Origin: Caecitellus pseudoparvulus
Taxonomy: Eukaryota; Protista; Bigyra: Bicosoecida
DNA: 41,713 nucleotides
Assembly: GCA_965644315.1 (NCBI GenBank)
Contig: CBFFRQ010000213.1
Coordinates: 1-41,713, forward strand
Direction: 5' to 3'
The notes below the pieces were generated by a model. That model was not told the origin of the DNA. It saw only the letters and a program-made list of their open reading frames with translations, and did not search any database. Shown one piece after another: positions 1 to 11,091 of this stretch (positions within the stretch are counted from its first letter, which is position 1; each line of letters starts with the position of its first letter). The translations under genes and the position numbers were made by a program.

Positions 1-371
1 AATCCGTTATATCATGAATTATTAACTAAACCTACAATATTTAAATAATTTTTAAATTTTGTATTATGATTAAAAAAAATAGTATTTTTAAAAATATCAT
101 TTAATACTGATAATTTCATATTATTTATTATTAAAATATTATAACGTTCTTTAAATAAAGCAGTTAAATTATAAAAGAAATATTTTAAATATCAAATAAG
201 TTTTTGAATATTATAAATATATAAATGATTATATTTTCCAAAAATTAATGTATTCATTTGTTGATTGATTGATAAATTTTTATGATTTAAGTGAAAATTT
301 ATTTTCATTAAAAACTGTATAGTAATTTTATCCAAATTTTGAGTAGAAGTTAAATTTGTATTTTTAACCAT
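1..371 (-). CDS. rps2: ribosomal protein S2, 5' part (continues across the origin into 41317-41713; total 255 aa)
   Basis: ATG at 369-371 overlaps the rpl6 stop. The frame is open under code 4 and ends ...NNSWYNG-L, joining ISNW at the other window end to give the S2 W-x-x-G-x-x-[ST]-N-W motif. Confidence 0.85.
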
Positions 372-891
372 TATTTTTTTTACCTTCTTTTAATTTTATA
401 ATTTCGTTAAAATAACGAATACCTTTTCCTTTATAAGGTTCTGGTTTTTTTAATTCTCTTAATTTAGCAAAAGTTTGAGTTAATTTATTATATTCAGGTC
501 CATTTAATATATAAATTGAAACACGTTCTTTAGGTTGTATTATACTAATATTTTTAGGTAATTTATAAAATATTGTATGACTAAAACCTAATTTTAATTC
601 AATCATATTATTTTCTAAAATATTTATTCTAAAACCTAAACCTACTAAATTTAATTTTAATGAGTATTGATATTGATATCCATTAAAAAGCTTTTGAAGA
701 GTATGTAATAAAAACATTTTATTTTCAATATTTTTATTAAGTATATATAATTTATTATTTTTAAGTAAATATAAAGTTGAAGTTTTTTTATGTTTAAAAA
801 CTTTTGAATTATTTGAAAAAGTTGAATTTAGTGTTAATCAATTTTTATTTATAGTTAATTTTAAATTTTTTTTCAAATTAAATAAAAACAT
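364..891 (-). CDS. rpl6: ribosomal protein L6 (175 aa)
   Basis: LVGLGFR, LKLGFSH and PEPYKGKGI motifs; extended through one TGA(Trp) to ATG at 889-891. Confidence 0.95.
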
Positions 892-894
892 TTT

Positions 895-1287
895 TTAATA
901 AATAACACATAAAATTTTACCTCCTACGTTTAATAATCTTGCTTCGAAATCAGTTAATAAACCGTAAGTTGTAGATAAAACATATATACCAAAACCATGT
1001 TTTATTTTTCATAATAATTTTGAATTACAAAAAACAGGATACCCTGGTTTTGAAATTTGTTTTATATTAGTTATAGCTTGTTTATTATCAATATCATATT
1101 TTAATAAAACTATTATTTTTAATTTATTATTTTTATCGTATTTATAACAAAAATTGTTAATATATCCTTCTTTATATAATATTAATAAAAAACTGTGTAA
1201 TTTTTTACTAATATTCATATTAAGTTCTATAAATTTTAAATTATTTTTTTGAGCATTTTTTATTTTTGAAAAAATATTAGTAAACAT
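895..1287 (-). CDS. rps8: ribosomal protein S8 (130 aa)
   Basis: IKNAQ, LYKEGYI, ISKPG and [21 protein letters not shown] motifs; TGA read as Trp; TAA at 895-897. Confidence 0.95.
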
Positions 1288-1291
1288 TTTT

Positions 1292-1591
1292 TTATCAACT
1301 TGATTTTTTAACACCACTTAAATAACCTCGTAAAGCATATTTACGAAAAGCTAATCTAGATAATCCAAATTTTTTTAAAGTACTTTTAGATCTAAAAGTT
1401 ATTGAACATCTATTTGAAAGTTTAGTAATTGAATCATTTTTATTTAAACTGCGTAAATAATATAAAGCTTTATAACGAACTTTTAATGATATATTTTCAT
1501 TTTTTATAATATATTTTAAAATTAAATTTAAATTATTACGTTTTTTAAAATTTTGACGACGTATTTTATCTTTTAAATATAATGATCTCAT
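1292..1591 (-). CDS. rps14: ribosomal protein S14 (99 aa)
   Basis: NRC..T.R and FGLSRLAFR motifs; the typical C-terminus GVKKSSW* appears when TGA=Trp. Confidence 0.95.
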
Positions 1592-1664
1592 TCGGAATAA
1601 TAGGATTTGAACCTATAATCTCTTGTACCCAAAACAAACGCGTTAGCCGTTACGCCATATTCCG
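1592..1664 (-). tRNA. trnP: tRNA-Pro (UGG)
   Basis: Cloverleaf with acceptor CGGAATA/TATTCCG and anticodon TGG. Confidence 0.95.
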
Positions 1665-1678
1665 GATTTTTTTTAAAA

Positions 1679-1762
1679 CGGATAAAGAGGGATTCGAACC
1701 CCCGGTATAAATAATACGTTGATTTTCAAAACCAATGCTTTCGACCACTCAGCCATTTATCC
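1679..1762 (-). tRNA. trnS: tRNA-Ser (UGA)
   Basis: Cloverleaf with long variable arm and anticodon TGA. Confidence 0.95.
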
Positions 1763-1789
1763 AAATTATTTTAATTTATAAAATAATTA

Positions 1790-2323
1790 TTAACTTGCTA
1801 TATCATAATTACGATATTCTTGTGTTAATGAAACCTCTTTATATTCTAATTTTTCAAAAAAATCATTATATAAACATTCTTGAAAACCGCTTAATGGAAA
1901 ATCTTTACGTAAAGGGTGTCCTTTAAAACCATAATCAGTTAAAATACGACGTAAATCTGGATGATTAATAAAAAAAATTCCAAATAAATCTCATACTTCA
2001 CGTTCAAATCAATTTGCACTATTATATAAAAAACATAAACTATCTAAAAATTGAGATGGTTGTATTACTGTAGATATATTAATTCTTGTGTTATAAGTAT
2101 AAGATAAAAAAGTATAGATAACTTCAAAACGGTGTTTTTTTTCTGGATAATCAACGCCTACTACGTCTACTAATGATTTAAATTGAGAATTAAAATTATA
2201 TTTAAGAAAAAAAGCAACTTCACTTACTTTATTATGAGGTACTAAAATAAAAATTTCTCCTTTAATAACAAAAATTTGGGCATAATTAAATAATTTTTTA
2301 ATTTTTTTTAAAATTAAATCCAT
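1790..2323 (-). CDS. nad9: NADH dehydrogenase subunit 9 (177 aa)
   Basis: VDYP..RFEV.Y, WFEREVWDLFG and [24 protein letters not shown] motifs. Confidence 0.97.
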
Positions 2324-2341
2324 TTTATATTTTATAATTTA

Positions 2342-2377
2342 AATACAATAATATATATATATTATAAGTATTGTATT
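2342..2377. promoter_or_regulatory. AT-rich inverted repeat in the divergent strand-switch region (candidate bidirectional promoter/origin)
   Basis: AATACAATA (2342-2350) pairs with TATTGTATT (2369-2377) around a (TA)n core; contains TTATAAGTA; lies between divergent nad9 and rpl2. Confidence 0.35.
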
Positions 2378-2493
2378 AATAGAATTATATATTTTAAATA
2401 TTATATATAATTATTACTATATCCTCACTCACCCCTTCTTATAAAAATTTTTTAGAGGCTTTGATACTAATACAACAATATAACTTTAAATTT

Positions 2494-3294
2494 ATGTATA
2501 TATCTAACTTGTCATTTAAAACTTTAAATAAAAAAAAATTAAGAAAGTCTTATGGACGTAATAATAGTGGAAAAATTACAGTACGTTATAGAAAAAAAGG
2601 ACATAAAAAATTACAACGTTTTATAAATACTACAAATTATTTTAATAATAACAAAATAATAATTTCAATAGATTATGATCCAAATAGAAATGTTTTTTTA
2701 GCAAACACTTTTGATAAAATCCAAAATAAATATAATAAAGAATATATTTTAAGTTCAACAAAAATGAATGTTTTAGAAATGTTTAATTCAAATAAGAATT
2801 TAATTAATAATTTTTCTAATTCAAATATAAAATCATATTATACTAAAGCTAAAAATTTATCTATAGGGGATATTATTTCAAATATTGAAATCATTCCAGG
2901 AAAAGGAGCAAAATTTGCAAAATCTGCTGGATGTTTTGGACAAGTTGTTAAATTATCGGATACTAAAAATAATTTAATTCAAATACGTTTACCTTCAAAA
3001 GAACAATACTTTATTTTCGGTGAATCAAAAGTAATGAAAGGTCGTATGTCAAATTTATTACATAAACAATTAAAAAAATGAAAAGCTGGAGTTTCTTTTA
3101 ATTTGGGTGTTTCATCAAAAGTACGTGGTGTTGCTAAAAACCCTGTAGATCACCCTCATGGTGGTGGTGAAGGTAAAGGTTATATAGGAAGACCTCCTGT
3201 AAGCCCTCAAGGAAAACTTACTAAAGGTGTACCTAGTAGAAAACAAAAAAAAAATAATTTTTTTATAGCTTTAAGTAGAAAAAAATTAAAATAA
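2494..3294 (+). CDS. rpl2: ribosomal protein L2 (true start may be upstream at a non-ATG codon, ~2398-2419)
   Basis: [16 protein letters not shown] and [18 protein letters not shown] motifs; the two track ORFs are joined by TGA=Trp. Confidence 0.95.
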
Positions 3295-3307
3295 ATTAAA
3301 ATCATTT

Positions 3308-3571
3308 ATGAAAAATTTTAACAAATTAAAAAAAAATTTTATTGATAATAAATTATTAGTATTAACATCAAAAACTCAAAATAATCAAAAAAATTTACCT
3401 TTAAAAATAAAAATGAGAAATAGTAGTATATTAAAAATTTTTGATAATAAAAAATTTGATATTTATAATGGGTATACTTATAAATCATTTGAAATAAATT
3501 ATCAATATAATAAATTAAAATTTGGTACATTATTTGGAACTAGAAAATTACCAAATCACAAAAAAAAATAA
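3308..3571 (+). CDS. rps19: ribosomal protein S19 (87 aa)
   Basis: R.S.I, IYNG and KFG..GTRK motifs; position between rpl2 and rps3. Confidence 0.9.
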   Translation: MKNFNKLKKNFIDNKLLVLTSKTQNNQKNLPLKIKMRNSSILKIFDNKKFDIYNGYTYKSFEINYQYNKLKFGTLFGTRKLPNHKKK

Positions 3572-3577
3572 TTTAAT

Positions 3578-5482
3578 ATGGGTCAGAAAATTAATCCGAG
3601 AGGTTTACGTATAGGTACAGTTTTAAAATGAAGAAACAATTGATATTCAGAATCATCAAATTATTTATCTAATTTTTATAAAAATTTAAACATTAAAAAC
3701 CTTATAAAAACATTTTTATTATTAAAATCTGAAAAAAGTTTACTTGTTGATTTTTTTATTTATGATATAAATGGTTATAAATCTTTATTATTAATAAGTT
3801 TTTATAATTTGGAACATAAAAAAAATTCAAAAAAAAAACGAACTGAAAATTTTTTAACTAAATATAAAAAAACATTGAATATTAATAATAATAATACTCA
3901 ATTATTAAAAAAAAAAATTAAATTATTAAAATTGAATAAAAAACCTATTAATAAAATTTTTGTTAAAAGTTTTGAAAAATATAAACTTTTATTAAATTTA
4001 AATAATAAAGTTGATAATACTTTGAATAATTTTTATTTAAAAAAATTTAATAAAATTTATTTAGAATTAAAAAATAAAAAAACTTTAAAATTTTATAAAG
4101 GATTAAATACAATTTTAAATATGCAAAATAATGCTTTTAATTATAATTTTAATCAAAAATTATTAAAATTAAAAAATTTTAATAATTTATCTATAATTTC
4201 AAATAATAAATTAATTAAAAATATTATAAATAAAAATATTATAAAAACAAATGTAAAATTTTTATATGCTTTTATTTTTAAAATTTATTACCAAATTTTT
4301 AAATTTACTTTAAAATTTAAATTAAAAAAATATTTAAAAACACTTACTAATCTTAATGATTTTAAATTATTATCAACTTTAATTTTAACTTATACTTTTT
4401 TAAAATTAAAAAAATTAAATTTTTACAATTTTAAAAATAATATAAATTTGAATATAAATTTTAAAAAACATAAATTTTTATTAATATTAATAAAAAAACT
4501 TACATTTAATTTTAATCAAATAAATAAATTTAAATTAAATAATTTAATTAAATTAAGAAAAATTAAAGAAAATCATTTGATAAATTTAACTACAAATGAA
4601 TTAAATCTAGATAATAATAATTATAAAGATTTGATAATATATTCAAAAAAAAAAAATTTAATAAATTTTTTAAAGTTTTCAAAACTATTTTTAAAAGATA
4701 AACAAAATTTTAATAATTTACAACTTAATAGTATTTTTATTAATAACTATTTAAAATCTAATTTAATAACAAAATCATCAATTAAGAATAAAAATTTAAA
4801 TAGATTAAATTTAAATACTTTTAAATACACTAATTTATATAATTTTAAAAGAGTTTTAAATATTTTAACTAAATTAAACTATAAAGTTTTTTTATATAAT
4901 ATTAAAAGTTTATTTAATTTTAGTAAATTAAATATTTCAACTAATGAATCATTAATAATTCAAAAACAAAAAATTAATCGATATTTTGAAATTTCAAATA
5001 AATTAAAAAAACGATTTAATCGTAGATGAAATAGAATTAATTTTTTAGGTACTGATTTAATGAATATAGCGCAATATAGTTTATTTTTTAAAAATCCTAC
5101 TCTTTTAGCTTATTTTATTTCATATCAATTTACTTTTTTACCAAAAAATAAACGTCAAACTAGTTTTGCAAAATATATTTCAAAAATTTTATTTAATTTC
5201 AAAGGAGAATTTTCAGATATTAAAGGATTAAAATTACAATTTAAAGGTCGTTTTAACAAATGAAGTCGTACTAAAAAATGAGTAGCTCAAGCTGGTAATA
5301 TTTTATTACAATCTTATAATACTTGTGTTGATTATAGTTGTTCAAAAGGTCTTGTAAAAAAGGGTATTTTTAGTACTCGTATTTGAATTCAATATGATTT
5401 AAAAAGTAAATATATTTTAAAAAAAAATATTTTAAAATATTTTCAATATTCTTACATTAAACATAAATTTTTAAAAAATTAA
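3578..5482 (+). CDS. rps3: ribosomal protein S3 with large internal K/N/L-rich insertion (634 aa)
   Basis: N-terminal MGQKINPRGLRIG; C-terminal IKGLKLQFKGRF..RT...KKGIFSTRIWI; continuous frame under code 4. Confidence 0.93.
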
Positions 5483-5488
5483 TAATAT

Positions 5489-5917
5489 ATGAATTTATTA
5501 AAACCTAGAAATGTTAAATATGATAAAATGCATAAAGGACGTATAAAAGTTAAGTATAAACAAAAAAATTCAAATATTAATTTTGGAAGCTTCGGTATTA
5601 AAAGTTTAGAAGCTGGAAAATTAACTTATAATCAAATCGAATCATTTCGTCGAACTATTACTAATAATACAAAAAGAAAAGTTAAAATATGAATAAAAGC
5701 ATTTCCAAACACTTCAATTACTTCAAAAGCAATAGGAGTTCGTATGGGTAAAGGAAAAGGTGCTGTTAAATATTGAGTTTACAAAGTATATCCAGGTAAT
5801 GTTTTATTTGAACTTAGTGGTTTAAATTTAGATATTGTAGAAAAAGCTATAAAAAAAGCTGGTCATAAATTACCTATAAAATTTACTGTTGTAAAAACAA
5901 TTAAATATATTAATTAA
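5489..5917 (+). CDS. rpl16: ribosomal protein L16 (142 aa)
   Basis: KY.KMHKGR, QIESFRR and VRMGKGKG motifs. Confidence 0.96.
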
Positions 5918-5966
5918 TTATATTATATAATCTTATATAGAAATATATTTTTATAAAACTTTAATA

Positions 5967-6040
5967 AAGCTTATAGTTCAATTGGTTAGATCGCGCCACT
6001 CATAATGGCTAGGTTGTAGGTTCAAGTCCTACTAAGCTTA
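5967..6040 (+). tRNA. trnI: tRNA with CAU anticodon, probably Ile (lysidine type, reads AUA)
   Basis: Cloverleaf; anticodon loop CTCATAA; the 5' sequence (x)GCTTATAGTT resembles organellar Ile(CAU); two other CAU tRNAs are present. Confidence 0.75.
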
Positions 6041-6048
6041 TAAAATTT

Positions 6049-7311
6049 ATGCTTTTTTTTATAAATTGACTTTTAATAATTTTAGGTGTGCTATTAGGAG
6101 TAGCATTATTTACTTTACTAGAACGTCAAATTTTAGCTGCGCTTCAACGTCGACAAGGGCCTAATATTGTAGGTTTTTTTGGTATTTTACAACCAATTAC
6201 TGATGGGGTTAAATTAATTTTAAAAGAAACTGTAATTCCTCGTAGTTCAGATACTTTTATTTTTATTTTTGCACCTATATTTACTTTTGCTTTAGCTTTA
6301 TGTTTATGAGTAACAGTACCTTTTACATCAAATTGACATATGATTGATTTTGATTACGGTATTTTATATTTATTTACCGTTTCATCTCTTAGTGTACATT
6401 CAGTAATAATGGCAGGTTGATCAAGTAATTCAAAATATGCCTTTTTAGGTTCATTACGTTCTGCAGCTCAAATGATATCTTATGAAGTATCATTTGGTAT
6501 TATAATTGTTAATATAATTATTTTAGCAAGATCTTTGAATTTAATTAATATTGTTGAACAACAAATAAATCTATGAAATGCTATACCATTATTTCCAATG
6601 TTTATAGTATTTTTTATTTGTGCTTTAGCTGAAACAAATAGACATCCCTTTGATTTACCTGAAGCAGAATCAGAATTAGTTTCTGGATATAATGTTGAAT
6701 ACGCTGCTGTAGGTTTTGCATTGTTTTTTTTAGCAGAATATAGTAATATGATTGTAATGTCTATGTTAACTGTTCTTTTATTTTTAGGTGGTTGATATTT
6801 TATTTCAATTGAATATATTTTTCATATTTTTTTTAATTCTACTTTTTTAGTAAATTTTATTCAAGCTATTATTTTAGTAGGTAAAACAATGATTTTTATA
6901 TATCTTTTCGTTTTAGTAAGAGGTACTTTACCTCGTTATCGTTATGATCAGCTGATGAGATTAGGATGAAAAATTTTTTTACCTTTAACTTTAGCTTATG
7001 TTATATTTACAGCATCAACTTTATATACTTTTGATCAAATTAATTTTTATAATTATATTGTAAATCTTGATTATTTAACAATAAAAAATATAAATAGTAT
7101 TAATAATCATAATATTTTTTTTACTAATTTTTTTCAAAATTCATTTTTTGATTATAAAACAGAAACTACAAATTGATTTGAACAATTATTCAAAGTTACT
7201 AAAGATTCTTATTTTTTAGAAAAAGATTTTTATATAAATAAATATGGAAGACCTTTTGGAGTACCTACTTTTGGAATATATGGTCAATTAGTAAGTGTAC
7301 GTTTAGGTTAA
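6049..7311 (+). CDS. nad1: NADH dehydrogenase subunit 1 with ~90 aa C-terminal extension (420 aa)
   Basis: [26 protein letters not shown] and PRYRYDQLM motifs; frame open to TAA at 7309-7311. Confidence 0.96.
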
Positions 7312-7335
7312 AAATTTCAAAACAAATTAATATTT

Positions 7336-8148
7336 ATGTTTAAAAAAATACATTTTTATTATCATAAACTTTTGGAATATGAATTAAAAATTATTAATAT
7401 AATCCGATGTTATTTTATAAATTTGTATGAAACATATAAACGTAGAAAAATTATTTTATTTTTACGTCAGAAATATCTAAAAATAAAAAAAATATATGTT
7501 AAATATAAATTAATTAAATATTTATTAGATTTTGTTTTTTGATTATTAATACTTATACTGTTACTCTGACAATTTGAATGAGTACGTTATGCAGGTTTTT
7601 ATTTTTTAGTTTTTTTAGTATGATTACCTCAACAAATTTTACGTTTTATTTATTATTTTATAATTACTTTTTTTTTTTATCAAATTATTTTTAAATGAAT
7701 TTTATTTACGATAAAATTAATAATTATATTATTATTTACAGAACCTTTATTTTATTCATTTTTATTAGGTATTATTATCGGAATTTTTTTTTATGAGTTA
7801 GAATATTTTAGATGACATCGTGTAATTTTTAATTATATGCGTTTATGAGTATCAGGAACTAATTATTTTTTAGAAGATGCTATACGTATAAATAGATTAT
7901 TTTGGGAAGATTCTAAAAAATGACAGAATGAATGATATAATTCTAGTCAAATATTATGACAATATAAAAATTTAAATGAAAAATTAAAAATTAAATATTT
8001 AAAAATTCATAAAGAATTACAAAATATTATATTTATAAATTTACGTTTAAAACAAACTATATCTCAATTAATGAAAAAAAATAATAAATTAAATACTTAT
8101 ATAAAAATTTTAGAAAAAGAAAATAAATATTTACGAAAAAAATCTTAA
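7336..8148 (+). CDS. unidentified ORF270: basic N-terminus, 3-4 hydrophobic segments, charged helical C-terminus
   Basis: ATG to TAA, 813 nt open under code 4, filling the gap between nad1 and rps10; several TGA-Trp codons. Confidence 0.75.
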
Positions 8149-8179
8149 ACTAAAAAAATAAAAAAAATATATTTTTATA

Positions 8180-8497
8180 ATGAATTTATATATTAAAATT
8201 TCTTCATATCATTATTCTTTTATAAAAAAATTTATTAATAATGTTGAAATATTATTAAAATCTAATAATATTAATTATTCTTTATATAATTTAAAACTTA
8301 AAAATGATAAATATACAATTTTACGTTCTCCTCACGTTAATAAAAGTGCTCGTGATCAATTTCAAAAAACTACTTATAAAAAAAAATTAAAAATAAAATT
8401 ACCTTTAAATTTTTCTATAATTAGAATTAAACAATTAATTACAATATTAAAAACATTAACAGTTGGAGTTAAAATTAATATAACCTTTAAAAAATAA
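8180..8497 (+). CDS. rps10: ribosomal protein S10 (105 aa)
   Basis: TILRSPHVNKSARDQF motif. Confidence 0.95.
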   Translation: MNLYIKISSYHYSFIKKFINNVEILLKSNNINYSLYNLKLKNDKYTILRSPHVNKSARDQFQKTTYKKKLKIKLPLNFSIIRIKQLITILKTLTVGVKINITFKK

Positions 8498-8513
8498 TTT
8501 ATTTTTTTTTTCT

Positions 8514-8587
8514 GGCGGATATAACTCAGTTGGTAGAGTAATAAGTTGTGACCTTATATGCCGCAGGTTCAAGTCCTGTTATTCGCC
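8514..8587 (+). tRNA. trnH: tRNA-His (GUG), G-1 encoded
   Basis: Cloverleaf, anticodon GTG, G-1:C73 pair. Confidence 0.95.
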
Positions 8588-8598
8588 TTTTTTGTATT

Positions 8599-9738
8599 AT
8601 GAAACAAACTTTCAATATTTTAAAAACAAATATAGGAGCTACTTATAGCAATCATATATGATTTTATCCAACCCCAAGTAATATTTCTTATTTTTGATCT
8701 TTTGGATCATTAGCTGGTTTAGTTTTAGTTTCACAAATAGTAACTGGAGTTTTATTAGCAATGCATTATACTGCTAATATTAATACTGCTTTTGCTGATT
8801 TAGAACATATAATGCGTGACGTTGTAGGTGGATATGGTTTACGTTATATTCATGCAAACGGTGCATCAATGTTTTTTATTATAGTATATTCTCACATTTG
8901 TAGAGGTTTATTTTATGGATCATATACCTCACCTCGTACTCATTTATGAGCATCAGGTATTGTTATTTTTATTTTAATGATGGCTGCAGCTTTTATGGGT
9001 TATGTATTACCGTGAGGTCAAATGAGTTTTTGAGGAGCTACTGTAATTACAAATTTATTTTCTGCTATACCTAAATTAGGTGATCATATTGTACAATTAT
9101 TATGAGGTGGTTTTAGTGTAGATAATCCTACTTTAAACCGTTTTTTTAGTTTACATTTTATGGTACCATTTTTAATAGCAGGTGCTGCTTTTTTACATAT
9201 TGTTTTATTACATGATCAAGGATCAAATAATCCATTAGGTATTAAAGCTGATGTAGATAAAATTCCATTTTTTACCTATTTAGTTATAAAAGATGCTTAT
9301 TCATTATTAGTATTCATTGTGTTTTTTGCGTTATTTGTGGCAAATGCTCCAAATTTATTAGGACATCCTGATAATTATATTGAAGCTCAACCATTAGTAA
9401 CTCCTACACATATTGTACCAGAATGATATTTTTTACCTTTTTATGCGATTTTAAGAGCAATTCCTGATAAATTAGCTGGAGTATTATCAATGTTTTGAGC
9501 TATTGTTATTTTATTGTTTTTAAGTTGATTAGATCCAAGTCCATTTAGATCTAATACTTTTAAACCATTAGCTTCAGTAAACTTTGTATTTTTCGTATTT
9601 ACAGCATTAGTTTTAGGATGATTAGGTCAAGAAGTTGTAGAATTTCCTTTTTTAGAAATGTCTGCTTTAGTATCTTTTTTTTATTTTTTATTTTTCCAAT
9701 TATTATCATTGGAAGATTTTTTTAGTGTAAAAAATTAA
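8599..9738 (+). CDS. cob: apocytochrome b (379 aa)
   Basis: WSFGSLAG, HANGAS, PWGQMSFWGATVITN and HIVPEWYFL motifs. Confidence 0.98.
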
Positions 9739-9769
9739 CGTTAAATTAAAAAAAAATAATTTAACATAC

Positions 9770-9852
9770 GAAGAAATGGCTGAGCGGTCAAAGGCGGTAG
9801 ACTGTAAATCTATTGATTAAATTCATCGTTGGTTCAAATCCAACTTTCTTCA
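9770..9852 (+). tRNA. trnY: tRNA-Tyr (GUA)
   Basis: Cloverleaf with long variable arm and anticodon GTA. Confidence 0.95.
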
Positions 9853-9862
9853 AAACTTTAAA

Positions 9863-10234
9863 ATGGTACAAAAACAAACACGTTTAAAAGTAAGTGATAA
9901 CTCAGGAGCAAAAATTGGAGGTTGTATTAGAGTTTTAAAAGGGTCATACCCTACTTATGCTTATGTAGGAGATTGTATGGCTATATCAATAAAAAAATTA
10001 AAAATGAAACGAAAAGCAAAAAAAAAGGATATTTATTTTTCTGTTTTAATACGTTCAGCAAAAGAAACTCAAAATAAAGATGGTTCTTGATCAAAATTTA
10101 AACAAAATGCTGTAACTTTATTAAATAAAAAAAAAAAACTTTTAGCAAATAAAATTACAGGTCCTTTATCTAAATCATTAAGAAAAAAACAATATTCTCG
10201 TATTTATACACAATTACGTTCTTCTTTAGTATAA
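9863..10234 (+). CDS. rpl14: ribosomal protein L14 (123 aa)
   Basis: MVQKQTRLKVSDNSGAK..CIRV, DGS..F.QNA and I.GP motifs. Confidence 0.96.
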
Positions 10235-10255
10235 ATTATTAAATAATATATTATC

Positions 10256-10822
10256 ATGAATAATTTTAAATATTTAAACCGTATATCAGAAAAAAAAAAT
10301 AATTTTATTGATCTTTTTTTACATACAAAATTTATAAAATTAAAAAAATTAAAAAATACAGAAAAATTAAATTCTATAATATTAACAACAACTTTTGAAA
10401 ATATAAATTTTAATAAAAAACGTATTTCATTATTTTTAGTATTATTAGAAACTATATGTTTACAAAAAACTTATAAAAATATTTCTAGAAAACCTCTTAT
10501 ATTTTTAAATATAAAAAAAGGAAGTTTTATTGGGTGTAAAATAACTTTAAGAAATCAAAATTTATACAATTTTTTAGATTCATTAATTTTATTTTTACCT
10601 CAAGTTAATTATAGATTAAACACTAAATTTTTAAATAAAAATGATATTTCATTTAATTTTATGTTAACTCAAATAATAAATTTTCATGAATTTTTTAATA
10701 TTAAACAAAATATTTTAAATAAAATAAATTTAAATTTTTTGTTTTCATCATGATTATTAGAAGAAAAATTATTTATTTTAACTGGATTAAATTTACCTGT
10801 ACAATTTTCAACAAAAAAATAA
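10256..10822 (+). CDS. rpl5: ribosomal protein L5 (188 aa)
   Basis: LE.I..QK and IGCKITLR....YNFLD motifs; follows rpl14. Confidence 0.9.
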
Positions 10823-10828
10823 CATTAC

Positions 10829-10900
10829 TGGAATATAGCCAAGAGGTAAGGCAATAGTTTTTGATACTACGATGCAAAGGTTCGAATCCTTTTATTCCAA
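10829..10900 (+). tRNA. trnQ: tRNA-Gln (UUG)
   Basis: Cloverleaf, U1:A72 pair, anticodon TTG. Confidence 0.95.
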
Positions 10901-10919
10901 ATAAAATAAAAAACTTTTT

Positions 10920-10992
10920 TGCCTAGAAGTGGAATTGAACCACTGACACAAAGATTTTCAATCTTTTGCTCTACCAACTGAGCTATCCAAGC
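10920..10992 (-). tRNA. trnF: tRNA-Phe (GAA)
   Basis: Cloverleaf with anticodon GAA. Confidence 0.95.
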
Positions 10993-11000
10993 GATTATTT

Positions 11001-11068
11001 TAGTAAAGGTAGGAATCGAACCTACACATGACGGATCATGAGTCCATATGAAACCCTGTAACTTTACT
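11001..11068 (-). tRNA. trnM: tRNA-Met (CAU), probable initiator, with degenerate/shortened D-arm
   Basis: Acceptor AGTAAAG/CTTTACT, anticodon arm ATGGA-CTCATGA-TCCGT and T arm GTAGG-TTCGATT-CCTAC; only 14 nt lie between the acceptor and anticodon stems. Confidence 0.75.
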
Positions 11069-11091
11069 ATTAATATATAATTAAAAATATA

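Noticed and set aside
1735-1926. 63-aa ORF on +
   Set aside because: Antisense to trnS and nad9, with no motif.
3339-3530. 63-aa ORF on -
   Set aside because: Antisense shadow of rps19.
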